From Octopus vulgaris (Eukaryota), in assembly GCA_951406725.2 (NCBI GenBank), contig OX597815.1:204352001-204416000 (forward strand): 64,000 nt of DNA, written 5' to 3'. The translations under genes and the position numbers were made by a program. Numbering within the stretch: position 1 is the stretch's first letter; every line of letters begins with the position of its first letter. The notes below the pieces were generated by a model. The model did no database searches and was not told the DNA's origin. It saw only the letters and a list, made by a program, of their open reading frames with translations. Positions 1-12,800 of the stretch are shown here, in pieces.

Positions 1-330
1 ACGAGTGTACGAATTTGTTTAGCAGGAAATGTTTGTTTCCATACCTAAATGAGGTCACCACTGTCTCATTAGAAATATGGTGCTCACACATGTCTTTTAA
101 TAGTGACAATTTGACACACACACACACACACGCATATACATATAGGCATATAAAGTTATATCCATACATACACACATACATATACATACATACATACATA
201 CATACATACATACATACATACACACATACATACATACATACATACATACATACATACATACACACATACATACATACATACATACATACATACATACATA
301 CATGCGTGCATAAATATATACATACTTTCT

Positions 331-733
331 TTACTCTTTTACTCTTTTACTTGTTTCAGTCATTTGACTGTGGCCATGCTGGAGCTCCGCCTTTAGTCGA
401 GCAAATCGAGCCCAGGACTTATTCTTTGTAAGCCTAGTACTTATTCTGTCAGTCTCTTTGCCGAACTGCTAAGTTACGTGGATGTAAACACACCAGTATT
501 AGTTGTCAAGCAATGCTAGGGGGAAAACACAGACAGACAAAAATATACGCACATACATACATATATATAAACATATATACGACGGGCTTCTTTCAGCTTC
601 GGTCTACCAAACCCACTCACAAGTCTTTGGTCGGCCCGGGGCTATAGTAGAAGACACTTGCCCAAGATGCCACGCAGTGGGACTGAACCCGAAACATGTG
701 GTTTGTAAACAAGCTACTTACCATACAGCCACT
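331..733 (-). mobile_element. SINE family A (tRNA-derived, CORE-like)
   Basis: Reverse complement of the ~400-bp unit recurring about 20 times in the window: tRNA-like head with A/B boxes (TGGCTGTGTGG...GGTTCAGTCCC), CORE-like CCTTGGGCAAG motif, internal (TA)/(TG) tract, (GTAAAAGA)n tail. Confidence 0.9.
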
Positions 734-795
<62 letters not shown>

Positions 796-796
<1 letters not shown>

Positions 797-963
797 TTTA
801 TTTAAAGCAGCAGAAAATTCTACAAAACCTGTTACTCTGAGTTTCACGTTGCCGTTCGGGTTCAGGGAGTTTTTGCTAGAAACTACCAAAAACTGTCCGA
901 TGAACGGCAACGTGAAACTCAGAGTAACAGGTTGTGTAGAATTTTCTGCTGCTTTAAATAAAG
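796..963. repeat. Fold-back palindrome (PLE-type inverted terminus) inserted in (TA)n
   Basis: Arms 796-857 and 902-963 are reverse complements with one visible mismatch; 44-nt spacer; (TA)n tracts on both sides of the element. Confidence 0.9.
893..930 (+). ncRNA. Minimal type I hammerhead ribozyme (U4C core variant)
   Basis: CTGT-CCGATGA-ACG(GCAA)CGT-GAAA-CTC(A)GAG-TA-ACAG: stems I, II (GNRA loop) and III pair; cleavage triplet GUA. Confidence 0.7.
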
Positions 964-1033
964 CATATTACTCTACCACTGGTATTTGAGTACTCTTTTT
1001 TTCCACCTTGTTTCACATTTATGTGTTTACTCC

Positions 1034-1113
<80 letters not shown>

Positions 1114-1117
<4 letters not shown>

Positions 1118-2122
1118 GTTGGCAAGAAAGTAATTTCGATTTTCACAAATAGAGTTACAATTTTTTGAATGACTTTTGTCAATGTTACGATTTTTTCCAT
1201 TTGACATTTGATAGCCATTACTTTCAGCTTACTTTAGAAGCAAATAGTGAGTAATTTTGTTTACGACTTTTAGTTCAGCGTCAATTTTAACATGGAGTGC
1301 AAAAACAAACATTTTCGCCATATTTCGCTCTTTTTATTTCTATAAAGGCAAGAAAGCTGATATGTGAAGTTTATGATGGTGATTGCCTAACAGAATGCAC
1401 ATGTCAGAAATGGTTTTTAAAATTCCGTTCTGAAGATTTTTCACTCAAAGATTACCAATGTTCTGGTCGACCTATTGAAGTTGATGATGACCGAATCAAA
1501 GCCATAATTGAATCTGATTGTCATATAACTGTGAGCGAGATTGTAGAGAGATTAAATGTATCACACACAACAATTGAAAATCACTTAAAATGTCTTGGAC
1601 TCGTTAAGAAGCTCGATACTTGGGTTCCACATGAATTGAAAGAGTTTCACTTAACACGATGAATCAATATTTGCGATATGCATCTCAAACGCAATGAAAC
1701 CGACCTTTGTTTTAAACGAATCATCACAGGTGATGAAAAATGGATTTTCTATAATCGAAGACGATCATGGTCCAAGCGTAATAAATCAGCACAAACCACA
1801 TCGAAAGCTGGATTGCATCAAAAAAAGGTCATGCTGTCAATTTGGTGGGATTACAATGGTGTTGCGTACTTTGAGCTGCTTCCAAGGAACCAAACGATCA
1901 ATTCAGATGTTTACAGTCAACAACTAATGAAACTGGTGGAAGCAATCAAAGCAAAACGGCCAGAATTGGCAAATCGTAAAGAAATAGAGTTCCACCATGA
2001 CCACACTAGACCACACACGACTTTGCTGATTCAGAAAAATTATTGGAACTTGTTTGAGAAGTGATGTCACATCTACCATATAGCCCTGACCTTGCACCGT
2101 CAGATTACCATTTAGTTCGAAG
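1114..2122 (+). mobile_element. mariner (DD34D) transposon, 3'-truncated, pseudogenised transposase
   Basis: Left end TA|TTGGGTTGGCAAGAAAGTAATT; translated motifs WVPHEL, TGDEKW, HHDHTRPH, YSPDLAPSDYH; in-frame stop at ~1660 and a frameshift; no right TIR. Confidence 0.93.
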
Positions 2123-3619
2123 TGTGTGTGCGTGCGTGCGTGTATTGATGTTGCCTAATGTTTCACTCACAAACTTTTAAAGAAATCTCGAAACTTACTA
2201 AATAATGAAAGATGTATATTTAAGTCTAAAGATGAAGGGAAGATGTCGGAAAGGATGTTGTAGTGAATGAAATCTTTTGAGAATAAACTGGGAGATATAT
2301 GCAATGAAGGTAATCAAAATCAACAAGAAATGAACATTTTTATTAAATTATATGAAAATTGGAATTTATAAAATACCACATCTCTTTATATTAATGGGAT
2401 GTTCTGAGTTTTGGCTTTCATTATATATCTGTATTACTGTATCGACTAGACCATGGAATGTTCTTATACACCGCTGGTCACAATGTACTTCTTCGTATTG
2501 TTTTAGCTTTCGAATGATGCAAACTCACTGGCATGTCATATCTCATAATGATCCAGGAATAATGAAGAGAGTTAACTGATTTACATTACTACGTAACTTT
2601 TACGAAAGTAATTCCATTAAATCTCCACTAAAACATTCCACTGTTAATATATTTCATAAAAATGTACCACTTTTTCATTTTGTTTTTCTTTTTTACAACT
2701 AAAAATCAGTTCGCAAACTAAATTTTAATTCAGTGTGACATCTACTTCCAGCTTCTATCTTTGAATTCGTTCATTCCATCCTTACTTCCGGTTCCCATTC
2801 ACATACAACATGCGTAGTTAGTTCTCACTTCGAAGGGCACATTTATTCAAGATGTAAGTCATCTTGCAAATTTTACGTAATCTCTGTGAGTTTGTGTGTG
2901 TGTATGCATGTATAAGTTCATATATGCATATACAAGCGTATATATATATATATATATATATACATCTATACATAATATATGTATGTGGTATGTACGCATG
3001 AAATAGAAGCTGACTGTAAATTAGAATTGTAATACGCAATTATTGAGTAATATCTTTTTCGCTAATAATTACTTCCCTTAGCATGATAAAATTAACGTAG
3101 TCCTTCATATTTGAAAATTTCTTGCTTTTGTAGCAGTTGTTCTTTCATTGGACACCTCCAACTTCTATATGCATCGTGTGCTTGAGCTAAAAGGCAAATT
3201 CGAGGCTTCACATCCATTGATGTGAAATAGTGTATTTGGGAAGGAAGACACATTTAAGATATTTAGGTTTTACTAATGCAAAGTCGTTTCTTTTAATCTA
3301 CTTTCGAAGATATGGATTGCAATAATGTCGATGAGATACTTTTTCATGGTTATTTTATATCATTACTCAGAAAGAATAAAAGATAATATCATATCTATGA
3401 TATTATCAAAACAAAACTAAAATTTACATCCCAAAACTAGACATCATTATCTAAGCGTTATCCCAGCCTAAGAAGATTATCTATGAAGTGAAGCAACCAA
3501 TATCAATGTAAGTAATCTCCACAGAACATGAATCAACAAATACTTCCCACTTTAAGAGAAAGAAACATCAAGACATAAAAAAAACACAAACAATGAATAT
3601 CAAATATACATTCGTATCG

Positions 3620-3720
3620 TCAGCTGCCAAACAGATATCACTATGGTTTCGACACCTAGACAATGCCATTCAATCCGGCTGTGTCAACAGAAATCATCTG
3701 GAACTAAACATTAGTGTTGT
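3620..3720. repeat. Dispersed ~100-bp repeat, second copy inverted at ~59990-60078
   Basis: Shared CAGCTGCC...GATATCA.TATGGTTTCGACACCT.GACA...ATTCAATCC.GC.GTGTCAACAG (both ORFs read ISLWFRHLD). Family unknown. Confidence 0.7.
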
Positions 3721-3793
3721 GTGCCCATTACGCCAATGCCTGCTTATTGCTACAAGCAACAGCAGCAAATTAAAAAAGTTTATATATATATAA

Positions 3794-4164
3794 AGGAGTG
3801 GCTGTGTGGTAAGTAGCTTGCTAACCAACCACATGGTGGCATCTTGGACAAGTCTCTTCCGCTATAGCCCCGGGCCGACCAATACCTTGTGAGTGGATTT
3901 GGTAGACGGAAACTGAAAGAAGCCTGTCGTATATATGTATATATATATGTGTGTGTGTGTTTATCCCCCTAGCATTGCTTGACAACCGATGCTGGTGTGT
4001 TTACGTCCCCGTGACTTAGCGGTTCGGCAAAAGAGATCGATGGAATAAGTACTGGGCTTACAAAGAATAAGTCCCGGGGTCGATTTGCTCGACTAAAGGC
4101 GGTGCTCCAGCATGGCCGCAGTCAAATGACTGAAACAAGTAAAAGAGTAAAAGAGAGTAAGGAG
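3794..4164 (+). mobile_element. SINE family A (B-box segment deleted)
   Basis: Matches the family A unit but lacks TCCGGGTTCAGTCCCACTGCG. Confidence 0.9.
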
Positions 4165-4574
4165 TATATATATATATATATCAGTGGCGATTCCGGCACT
4201 CGGACTATTCGAACTTAGCTCGAGTATAAATTTAGTTAAGTGAAGGTTTATTGCAAGCCGATTTAATTTTTGCCAACACTGACTTCAAGTATGTAATTTC
4301 AGCCAATAACTCGCACCCCTTTTATTGAGCCTGGTCGCATTTCATTTATTTTCCCTCGACACCATTCACACGTGCCTGACTAGGGCTCAGAAGCGACATC
4401 CCGAATTGTTATCTATAATCGTGAAAATTAAAAGTAATTCAGATTCAATGTTTTCTTGAAATAATAAATTTCTATACAGATTACGATTTAAATTGCAATC
4501 TATGAGAAGTTTCCGTTCTACAATATTCTTAAAATAACGAAAAGTTATCTAGCAACTCGAGCTGCTACGAACGA

Positions 4575-4822
4575 GCCTGGTAGGTGTAAAGGACTAACTG
4601 GCATCTCTTGTCAAGATTACAGGCGACAGTCAGGTCGGTGATGTTTGATGTGCATTCTACTTTCATTATTTGATTGCTGTTATACAGTAGTAACTCGGGC
4701 TAATACAAACCTGCTTGGTACGGTGTAAAGGACTAACAGACATCTCTCGTCAAGAGTATAGGCGACAGTCAGATCGCTGATGTTTGATGTGCAATCCACT
4801 TTCATTATTTGGTTGCTGTTAT
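4575..4822 (+). repeat. Diverged direct duplication (~108-bp units, ~138-bp period)
   Basis: GGTGTAAAGGACTAAC...AGGCGACAGTCAG...GATGTTTGATGTGCA...ACTTTCATTATTTG at 4575-4683 and 4713-4822. Confidence 0.85.
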
Positions 4823-4908
4823 TCTGTGCGTCTACGTGTAAAGATCTGTAGCGTTTTGCATAATTGACGTATTTTTACCCTTAACTTAGAAATGGAGAAG
4901 ACATAGTG

Positions 4909-5299
4909 GATGGAAGCACTCCGTCGGTTACGACGATGAAGGTTCCGGTTGATCTGAATCAACGGAACAGCCTGCTCGTGAAATTAACGTGTAAGTGGCT
5001 GAGCACTCCACAGACACGTGCACCCTTAACGTAGTTCTCGGGGATATTCAGCGTGACACAGAGAGTGACAAGGCCGGCCCTTTGAAATACAGGTACAACA
5101 GAAACAGGAAGTAAGAGTGAGAGAAAGTTGTGGTGAAAGAGTACAGCAGGGATCACCACCATCCCCTGTCGGAGCCTCGTGGAGCTTTTAGGTGTTTTCG
5201 CTCAATAAACACTCACAAGGCACGGTCTGGGAATCGAAACCGCGATCCTATGACCGCGAGTCAGCTGCCCTAACCACTGGGCCATTGCGCCTCCACAGA
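4909..5299 (-). mobile_element. SINE family C, full length
   Basis: tRNA-like head GGCGCAATGGCCCAGTGGTTAGGGCAGC...GGTTTCGATTCCC; 11-bp TSD AAGACATAGTG at 4898-4908 and 5300-5310. Confidence 0.92.
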
Positions 5300-6399
5300 A
5301 AGACATAGTGCTAGGTATAAGAAATAAGCCATTTGAGGCTAGAAATATTGCGGGAAAACGTGAGGCAGTCTTTCGTTAGAAGCAGCAAACTTACTCACTG
5401 TTAAATTATCCGTGCATATGTAAGTCTGCGGTGTGCATTACGTACCTTACCTTCTTTTATACATGTGTCTTATGCGAAATTTGTGATGAGCCCGAGTGAC
5501 GCGGATGATCTGATGTCGCCTCTGATATATACATACATACATGTGTGTGTGTTTGTGTGTGTGTTTGCGTGTGTGTACGTGTGTGTGTGTGTGTGTGTGT
5601 GTGTACGTGTGTGTGTGTGTGTGTGTGTGTACGGTTGAATTAGATATTTTGACTTAGAATTAATATTTTTCATCGTATTTTTTCGTGTGTGTTGTTGACT
5701 GCACTCAACACTTCTAGCTTTTTAATGACTCATTCTTAACTCTCTTGGGAGAATGATTGTGTCACATTATGTAGTAATTGTCATTGTTATTCATTTTCAT
5801 GTTACTTTACAAGTCAATATATACATAAATGTCAAAACGGAAAATATTAACTCAGGGATCGTCACTATCGCAATCCCAAATATTCACTCCAAATGTCTTC
5901 AGGATAAAAAAAAATGAAAGCTGATATATAAACTCAATGATCATTAAAATTTCTACAACAAAACAAAATCTTTTGAGCTATTTAAGTTGCTATTTTTTAA
6001 TTAGGTGTCCTCTTTGGCACCACCACCACCACTACCATCAGTACCATCATTAGCATCATCATCGTTCTTTACATTTCTTCTTTTATGTTGGCATGGAGAG
6101 GATATTTCTTGACACAATCTGCGTCATCTCGAATAAATAGCAACAGTGAAACAACGTGACCTCTTTGTTTTTTTCTTCCTGTCGGTTGCTCTTGTCGTAC
6201 TTTAATCTCGGACGAATCTCACTTTGAAATAACAGATTACCAAAGGAAATTCGATAACATTTCTTTTTGTTTTACTTGTTTCAACCATTGGAGTGAGGTG
6301 GAACAAGCTTTGACAAGAGACAGACAAGAATACGTCTGATCCCTGCAGCTGATCATAAGGAAAGAAAGAAATTCAAGTTAGGAAAAGAAAGATAGCCAA

Positions 6400-6815
6400 T
6401 GGTCACGAGCGAGCAACGAGAGAGCAAAGAAGGAAGAGGGAGTGGGAGAGAGGGACAGTCAGAGAACGGCGAAGGGGAGGTTCCACCAGCGTTCACCACT
6501 TCACCTCGTTTACGCTTAGCAGTCCTTCCTGTTAGTCTTCACTGTCCTGTTTTTTTTACCAGCTTTGACCCTCCGCAAAATCCCATTTTTTATTTAATTT
6601 GGTTTGCGGGAGCAACTGTTTTGTCGAAGGCGTATCTTTTCGTGAATTGCTCGAAATACGGAGTAGAAAACAGCCGACAACTAATGAAGGGTCGTTTTTT
6701 ATGTTGGGTGTCTTGTTTTCCATTTGTTTCTTTCGCTGTTCGCAAAAAAGTTCGTATTACACGTTTTCGTATTTCGTATTTCCTGTTGTTTACGTTCTGT
6801 GACGTCCTATGGCCA
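6400..6815 (+). mobile_element. Putative Penelope-like terminal repeat family P1
   Basis: Homologous to 26215-26635 (-), 43925-44370 (+) and 52035-52190 (+); shared CACTGTCCTGTT...GACCCTCCGCAAAATCCC...TGCTCGAAATA...CAACTGATGAAG; borders (TA)n. PLE assignment is inference. Confidence 0.6.
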
Positions 6816-7176
6816 TATATGCATATGTATGTACATATATGTATGTACATATATGTATGTATATATGCATGTACATATATATATATATATATTATTTATA
6901 TTATATGGTTGAATGCCACGCATCCATTTGAAAGTAAGCTATATATATATATAACTTACTTTCAGACGCCATGATAGATCGTTAGCCACTACACACATTT
7001 TTCTCTCCTTGTTTTCTGTGTCTCTTTCTGTAGAAGAGCGTAGGCACGAAACGTAAAAGACTTTTTCTATTCCTGAGCGTCATACTAATACATCTGTTTG
7101 TTTTGTATACCACCTGTCTTCGTCTTTTGTTTTTTCGTAAACTCTCCCTGGATATATATATATATATATATATATA

Positions 7177-7209
<33 letters not shown>

Positions 7210-7324
7210 CACGGTTTTTGTGTGTTTCTTAAATGGCTTATAAACACCTTCCACACGCTGCAATTGTTTTCGTTCCAGCATACGATCTCAGATCAAATCA
7301 CTTGTTATGCAAGTACATTTCCGT

Positions 7325-7408
<84 letters not shown>

Positions 7409-7632
7409 TATTGTTCTTTTACGCCACACGAAACGTTCCTCTGTTCGTTGACACTTTGGAATTCCATCGGAGTTGTAAATTACCTAACAACAGGGAAAAT
7501 ACTTCTTCGATGCCTTTCATGCTTGGATAATGGATTACTTCATTATCTGCTCTACGTAATTCTGTTTAACCAATTAGTGTCGTATTTTCACGTTGATATG
7601 CCTCGATCCTTTATGGACCAGTTATAACCGGA

Positions 7633-7696
<64 letters not shown>

Positions 7697-8605
7697 CAAA
7701 TTTTAATACAAGAAAATGGATTGAGCAGGCCTTATTACAATTCCCTACAACTGTTTCCACACGTCATTATCAGCTGTTAATTGCTGAACTTGCGGAATAT
7801 TGTATTAATATGATTCAAGAATTGCTGTATGCATGTGAATGCTCGGATGACCAGAGTCAAAGCACTGCTTTATCATTCTTTGTTTATCCACATTTAAACG
7901 CATACCAAATACTATTTTCATCAATACTCACACAAAGAGGACCAAGGAAATACAAAGAAATACAAATGAGAAAAAACAACAAAAACAAGTTAAAGAACAT
8001 TAAAAAGAAAAGAATAAAGAAACCACATATTTATTCCATCTTTAATCACAGATTTTTTTTGAAATTTTAGGAAAATGAAAAAAGAACATTTAAGGATATG
8101 AATGTCGTAAAAGAGTAACCATTAACCTATAACCATCACTCTTTCTTATGAATGTTACCGTTCCACTCCAAACAAAAACACTTCACTTCCTTAACAGCAG
8201 GCAGCAGGATAGCAAAAACAGACTTAATTTTAGACATGAGAAGTCACTACTATTGCCTTTACCCTGCTACTTTTCAAGTTATAAAGAAAGGCTATTGAAT
8301 TAAGAAATTAGTATGCATACACACGTACACATACATACATATACATCTATCCAATCCAAATGTACATAGGTGTGTATATATACATACATATATTTATTCA
8401 AGGATACACTAGCACTTTCCATTCTCATGAATGCGTACCCACTCATGCTTCTCTACTTATGAAACCTAAAATTATGTTCGTATATAAATACTATTTTCTA
8501 TTTATATCCATTCATTTGGAATTACGAGGAATTTAATTTTAAAGGATAAACTTGCAAGGTTTGTTCATGCATACTTACATAGTTCTATATATCGTGATGT
8601 GTCTA

Positions 8606-8750
8606 TTCGCGTATACTAATACTACTAGAGAAATACTCTCAATATATATTCTAATACCTCGTAAGTGCATATACATTTGTACCTGAGGATAAACAGATCT
8701 ATCCTATAGTTTCACTTTTAACCATACGTCATACGAGCTATTATGAAATT

Positions 8751-8810
<60 letters not shown>

Positions 8811-10060
8811 AGAGATAGAAGTCGCCATGAAATTCATCAAATCCTAATATACATCACACCATATCATAGAATTATATTTTAATACTTACTAATCATTTCC
8901 AAATTTCTCTTCTACACGTGTTTCATATATATATATAAAGTCATTTTATAAAAGTTCGTATTGTATAAAGTCGTTTGGTTAAGAGTGAAACAACTATAGC
9001 TTAGAAGTGTCCATCATCAGATATAAAAGTATATGCACTTCCGAGAGGTAATTGTAGAATAAATATTGAAGATATTTCTATAGTAATATTATTATACGCG
9101 AATAAACATATTAGTGATATAGTCTTATATATTAGAGGTTTTTTTTCCGAATTCCGAAAACAAGCTTTTAAGTCTAGGGTTACATTTTTGAAACATTTCA
9201 GCATGCTTGTAAATGATGTTATCATTGCATAATATGATGCATAGTGTCTCTTCCAAGCATAGGTTACACGATTCCGGGTATGCATTGTAGGGATGTGCAT
9301 TCTGTATCACTGACCAAGTCATGCTGTATTGCATCTTATTTCTGTTTGAAGTTCCAGATCACGTCAGCGAGTGATATGCATTGTCTTCTGCAGAGATTCT
9401 CAAGTGATGCAATGTGGTTTCTCTGGCGATTCTTGAAATTGTTGTTTGTTGCACCGATATACGCACAAGCGTGTACACTCGTTCTTACAATACAATGTTT
9501 CAACGCAAACATTCGTTTGCTAGAGGACATGCTTTCCCATCTCTACAATTACAAATTTTTACTATCTCCAACTAGACTATTACTTGTCTTCTTCCTTTTT
9601 ATAGTTTTCTTCTTAGTAGCACTGTTATTGTCATTATTATTGTCATACTCATTGCTATCATTGCTGTTATTCCCAATATCATTATTATTAGTATTTACAC
9701 CATTCCTATCGTTATTTATACTATCTATATCAATATTGATATTACTAACGTTAGAATCATTTGGACTACTTTGATTATGCCTTCTATTATTATAGTTATC
9801 CCTATTTGCGGGACCCACGTTAACTCGGCCTATATTTTTAACATTTTTCCTCGTTTGATTCAGATTTTATTATTAAGTTCATGCATATGGGATTCCAGGT
9901 TATTTCATGTTGCATAGGACAGATTCGCCATATACCTATTAGAACTGTTATAATATCTACTAGATTTGTTAAAGAGTCAATCTAATGCGGAGAAAAATTC
10001 CCTAGCAATGTTAGATGATACATGTAACCCGAATACCAGATCATACCACAGAACGCTACC
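8606..10060 (-). mobile_element. Penelope-like element 3' remnant (GIY-YIG endonuclease) with inverted 3'-end duplication
   Basis: Minus-strand peptides AYIGATNNNFKNRQRNH...LADVIWNFK and WSVIQNAHPY...CNLCLEE match PLE GIY-YIG domains; 8606-8730 is an inverted copy of 8968-9104. Confidence 0.8.
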
Positions 10061-10348
10061 TGTTTTTAGACTTATTAATCTGTTTAATGTAATTGATATA
10101 GAATATGATAGTCATGGAGATTGGAATTCAAGTCTTCATTTCTAATAACCTTATTTTCAAATTTATTTTTATTTTCAGTAAATTTTGTTCCACTATTCGA
10201 ATACGATTTTAAATATAAGTCTTTCTTTTCCGTAATTTCAGCATTAGAATCAGGATTTTCTCTATGTTCATTATCAGTCCTACCCCAACACATTTTGGTG
10301 CTTTTATTCTAAAATTTATATTGATTAACTATACTGTTCTTAGGTATC

Positions 10349-10714
10349 ACTCTTTCACTCTTTTACTTGTTTCAGTCATTTGACTGCGGCCATGCTGGAG
10401 CACCGCCTTTTAATCGAGCAATTCGACCCCGGGACTTATTCTTTTGTAAGCCCAGTACTTATTCTATCGGTCTCTTTTGCCGAACTGCTAAGTAACGGTT
10501 GTCAAGAAATGCCAGGGGGACAAACACAGACACGCATATATATATATATACGACGGGCTTTTTTCAGTTTCCATCTACCAAATCCACTCACAAGGCTTTG
10601 GTCGGCCCGAGGCTATAGCAGAAGACATTTGCCCAAGGTGCCACGCAGTGGGACTGAACCCGGAACCATGTGGTTGGTAAACAAGCTACTTACCACACAG
10701 CCACTCCTGCGCCT
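10349..10714 (-). mobile_element. SINE family A
   Basis: Family A unit with a small internal deletion. Confidence 0.9.
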
Positions 10715-10929
10715 ATTTTTTCTCATTAGGGAATATGCCACCTTTTATTAAAAAAACTATAGGTATATTCAGTCAAGACAGATGTTAGTATTTTATACAT
10801 TGTTACTAAGTAGGTTATGGGTCCATAATTTTTGGGTTCATTTATTTCTTCATATGTAACACCATTAACTAAGCAAGAGGGAACCATACTAGGTTGTTGT
10901 AAAACATTGTTGTTAAGTTTTGTTAGCAG

Positions 10930-12800
10930 TTCATGACCCTCTGGGAGACATTCAACCAGAAGTTAGGAATGTTATCCTTTCTTGAAGACTTCCATTTGCT
11001 TAACTTCTTGAGAGCAGATCTTGCATCCTCTACCTTGATTGCCTCCCACTTTTATTCTTCTGTGAATTCTAGGTCAGTAGATATCCTATCAATCCAAGGG
11101 GCCTTTTTATTGTGTTTTTTCTTCTGTCCAAACTTTATTAGTTAGTTAGTTAGTTAATTTTTTGGATCAAAAAGCAAAAAGCAAAGCCATGTAGGGGGAC
11201 ATGGAGTTATGTACAGGGTGGTGTTTAGGTAAAAAGTTCAGGCCACTTGTGGTCAAGGGAGACTTTGAACAAAGCGGTCGTCGGCATCTTCACCATCTCG
11301 TCTGGCAGCTTGTTCCATGGATCCGCAACCCGGACGGAGAAAGCCCCTCTCCTTCGATTGAGATGAAATCGTCACAGATAGAGCTTTTCGGAATGACCCC
11401 GCACCCGACACTCTGGAGCAGGAATGAAGAACAGCTCTTTCGAGAGGTTACACTTGAAAAATTCCTGCATTTCTTCTGTTGAGGGGACAGACTTTACTGT
11501 AACTGGTATTTTCCCTATCGTCCTGTAAAATTTTTTGGGCTATTTTTCAACATGTTGTCCTTGAAGAATCTAATGCGCTTTTCATACCGTACTATACGAG
11601 AAGCTTTAGCGCATACCTTTTGCTTGATAGTTTCTATGGTAGTATCGATGTCAAGTATGGTTTTCATATTATATTTTTTCTTTAATTTTCGGGTTTTTGT
11701 AGGTTTGGTAGTCTTGTCAAACTTAAGGGTTTTTTAAACATTCTGTGTTAGACCTAAGTAGCTGAATTTGGTGTTGAATACGCTCTTGTGAAGTAGGCTT
11801 TTTGTGGGCAAGTTTTTTGTGAGAAAGAATATCAATGACTCTATGTGGAGAAATCACATAGAATCATTGAGATTTTCGCGGATGCATGGTACAGGTGGTT
11901 GAGATCTGTAATATCAACATCATTAGCTGAAATTATATCCTTAAGTGCAAGGCGGATTTTACCAATTACTTTCAGGTTTTGGTTAGCGTCACAAATTTTT
12001 GGGAGTGTGTCACGTTTGTTCATACTGATTGCTTAAATTTTCATCCATTCAATCATGATTTGGTTTTTTAGATCATCTACTTCATTTGGGTCAATTTCTG
12101 TCTGACTTACTTCATCTATTTGATTTTCATCTATCTTGGTGCTTATGGTTGGTTCAGAGAGTATTTCACTTTGTTTATCAGTTACATTGACTCTTTCTAT
12201 CATTACTGCATTTTCATCAGGCTTGGATTGGTCTATAATTATTTCCTCTGTCGTATCTTCTTTAGCTGCATCTTCGTTCCTTTTATCCCTTACTGATTGT
12301 TTAATTTGGTCAATCTCTAATTCAGTTAATAATTTCTTTTTCAGAATGTTTCTTCTGATGTTGGCAAGTTTGTTACTGTCTTACTTCAAGGTGTTTCTGT
12401 CTCCAGTTTAGGTAGGTTTGTTCAGTATTAGATTTATTCGTAGGGAAATACATGGAATGGTAGAAGGACTTAAGAACTTCTTTATTATCTCCCTTGACCA
12501 TTTTTCATTTTTTCTTTTTTTGTTATTTGATGACGAGCGTGGATGGCTATCTGTTGGAATATTCCAATTGTAGGTTACTTCCAGCTCCTGTGTTTCGGGA
12601 AGATTTGAATCAGTGGCTGATTTTTCATACCCAGTCTGGTTCCTCACTGGGGTGTTCGACCCTTGCTAACCCGAGTGACAGCAGATCCGGTTTGTATTTT
12701 GCTATGTTATCATTGAGGCATTACGAGCTTCAACTTTGACATTCTGGGGGTGGATCTGTCTGTTTAGGGATAATTTTTTGAGACAACACCGCCTCCGAGT
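10930..12800 (-). mobile_element. R4/Dong-clade non-LTR retrotransposon, 5'-half remnant interrupted by CR1
   Basis: Minus-strand peptides DSNKLANIRRNILKKKLLTELEIDQI, TIKQKVCAKASRIVRYEKRIRFFK and SALKKLSKWKSSRKDNIPNFWL resemble the R4-clade N-terminal region and RT domain 0. Confidence 0.7.
11138..11460 (-). mobile_element. CR1-type LINE 3' fragment
   Basis: Reverse-complement homologue of 39760-40072; (TAAC)n tail. Confidence 0.88.

Larger units (their letters stand above)
4182..5524. mobile_element. Non-autonomous hAT-like DNA transposon carrying a SINE insertion
   Basis: Ends CAGTGGCGA ... TCGCCTCTG (8/9 inverted match); subterminal CACTCGG/CCGAGTG; flanks ATATATAT/ATATATAC compatible with an 8-bp TSD. 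Confidence 0.55.

Noticed and set aside
15-431. Many ORFs rich in YIYI, THTH, YVCM, SLSL, RERE, poly-Y or poly-N (here and throughout the window)
   Set aside because: They are translations of (TA)n, (CA)n, (CATA)n, (CT)n and (TAA)n microsatellites, which lack stop codons in those frames.
9244-9818. Hydrophobic 176-aa ORF and Asn-rich 89-aa ORF
   Set aside because: Antisense and sense readings of an AAT-rich low-complexity insert within the PLE remnant.
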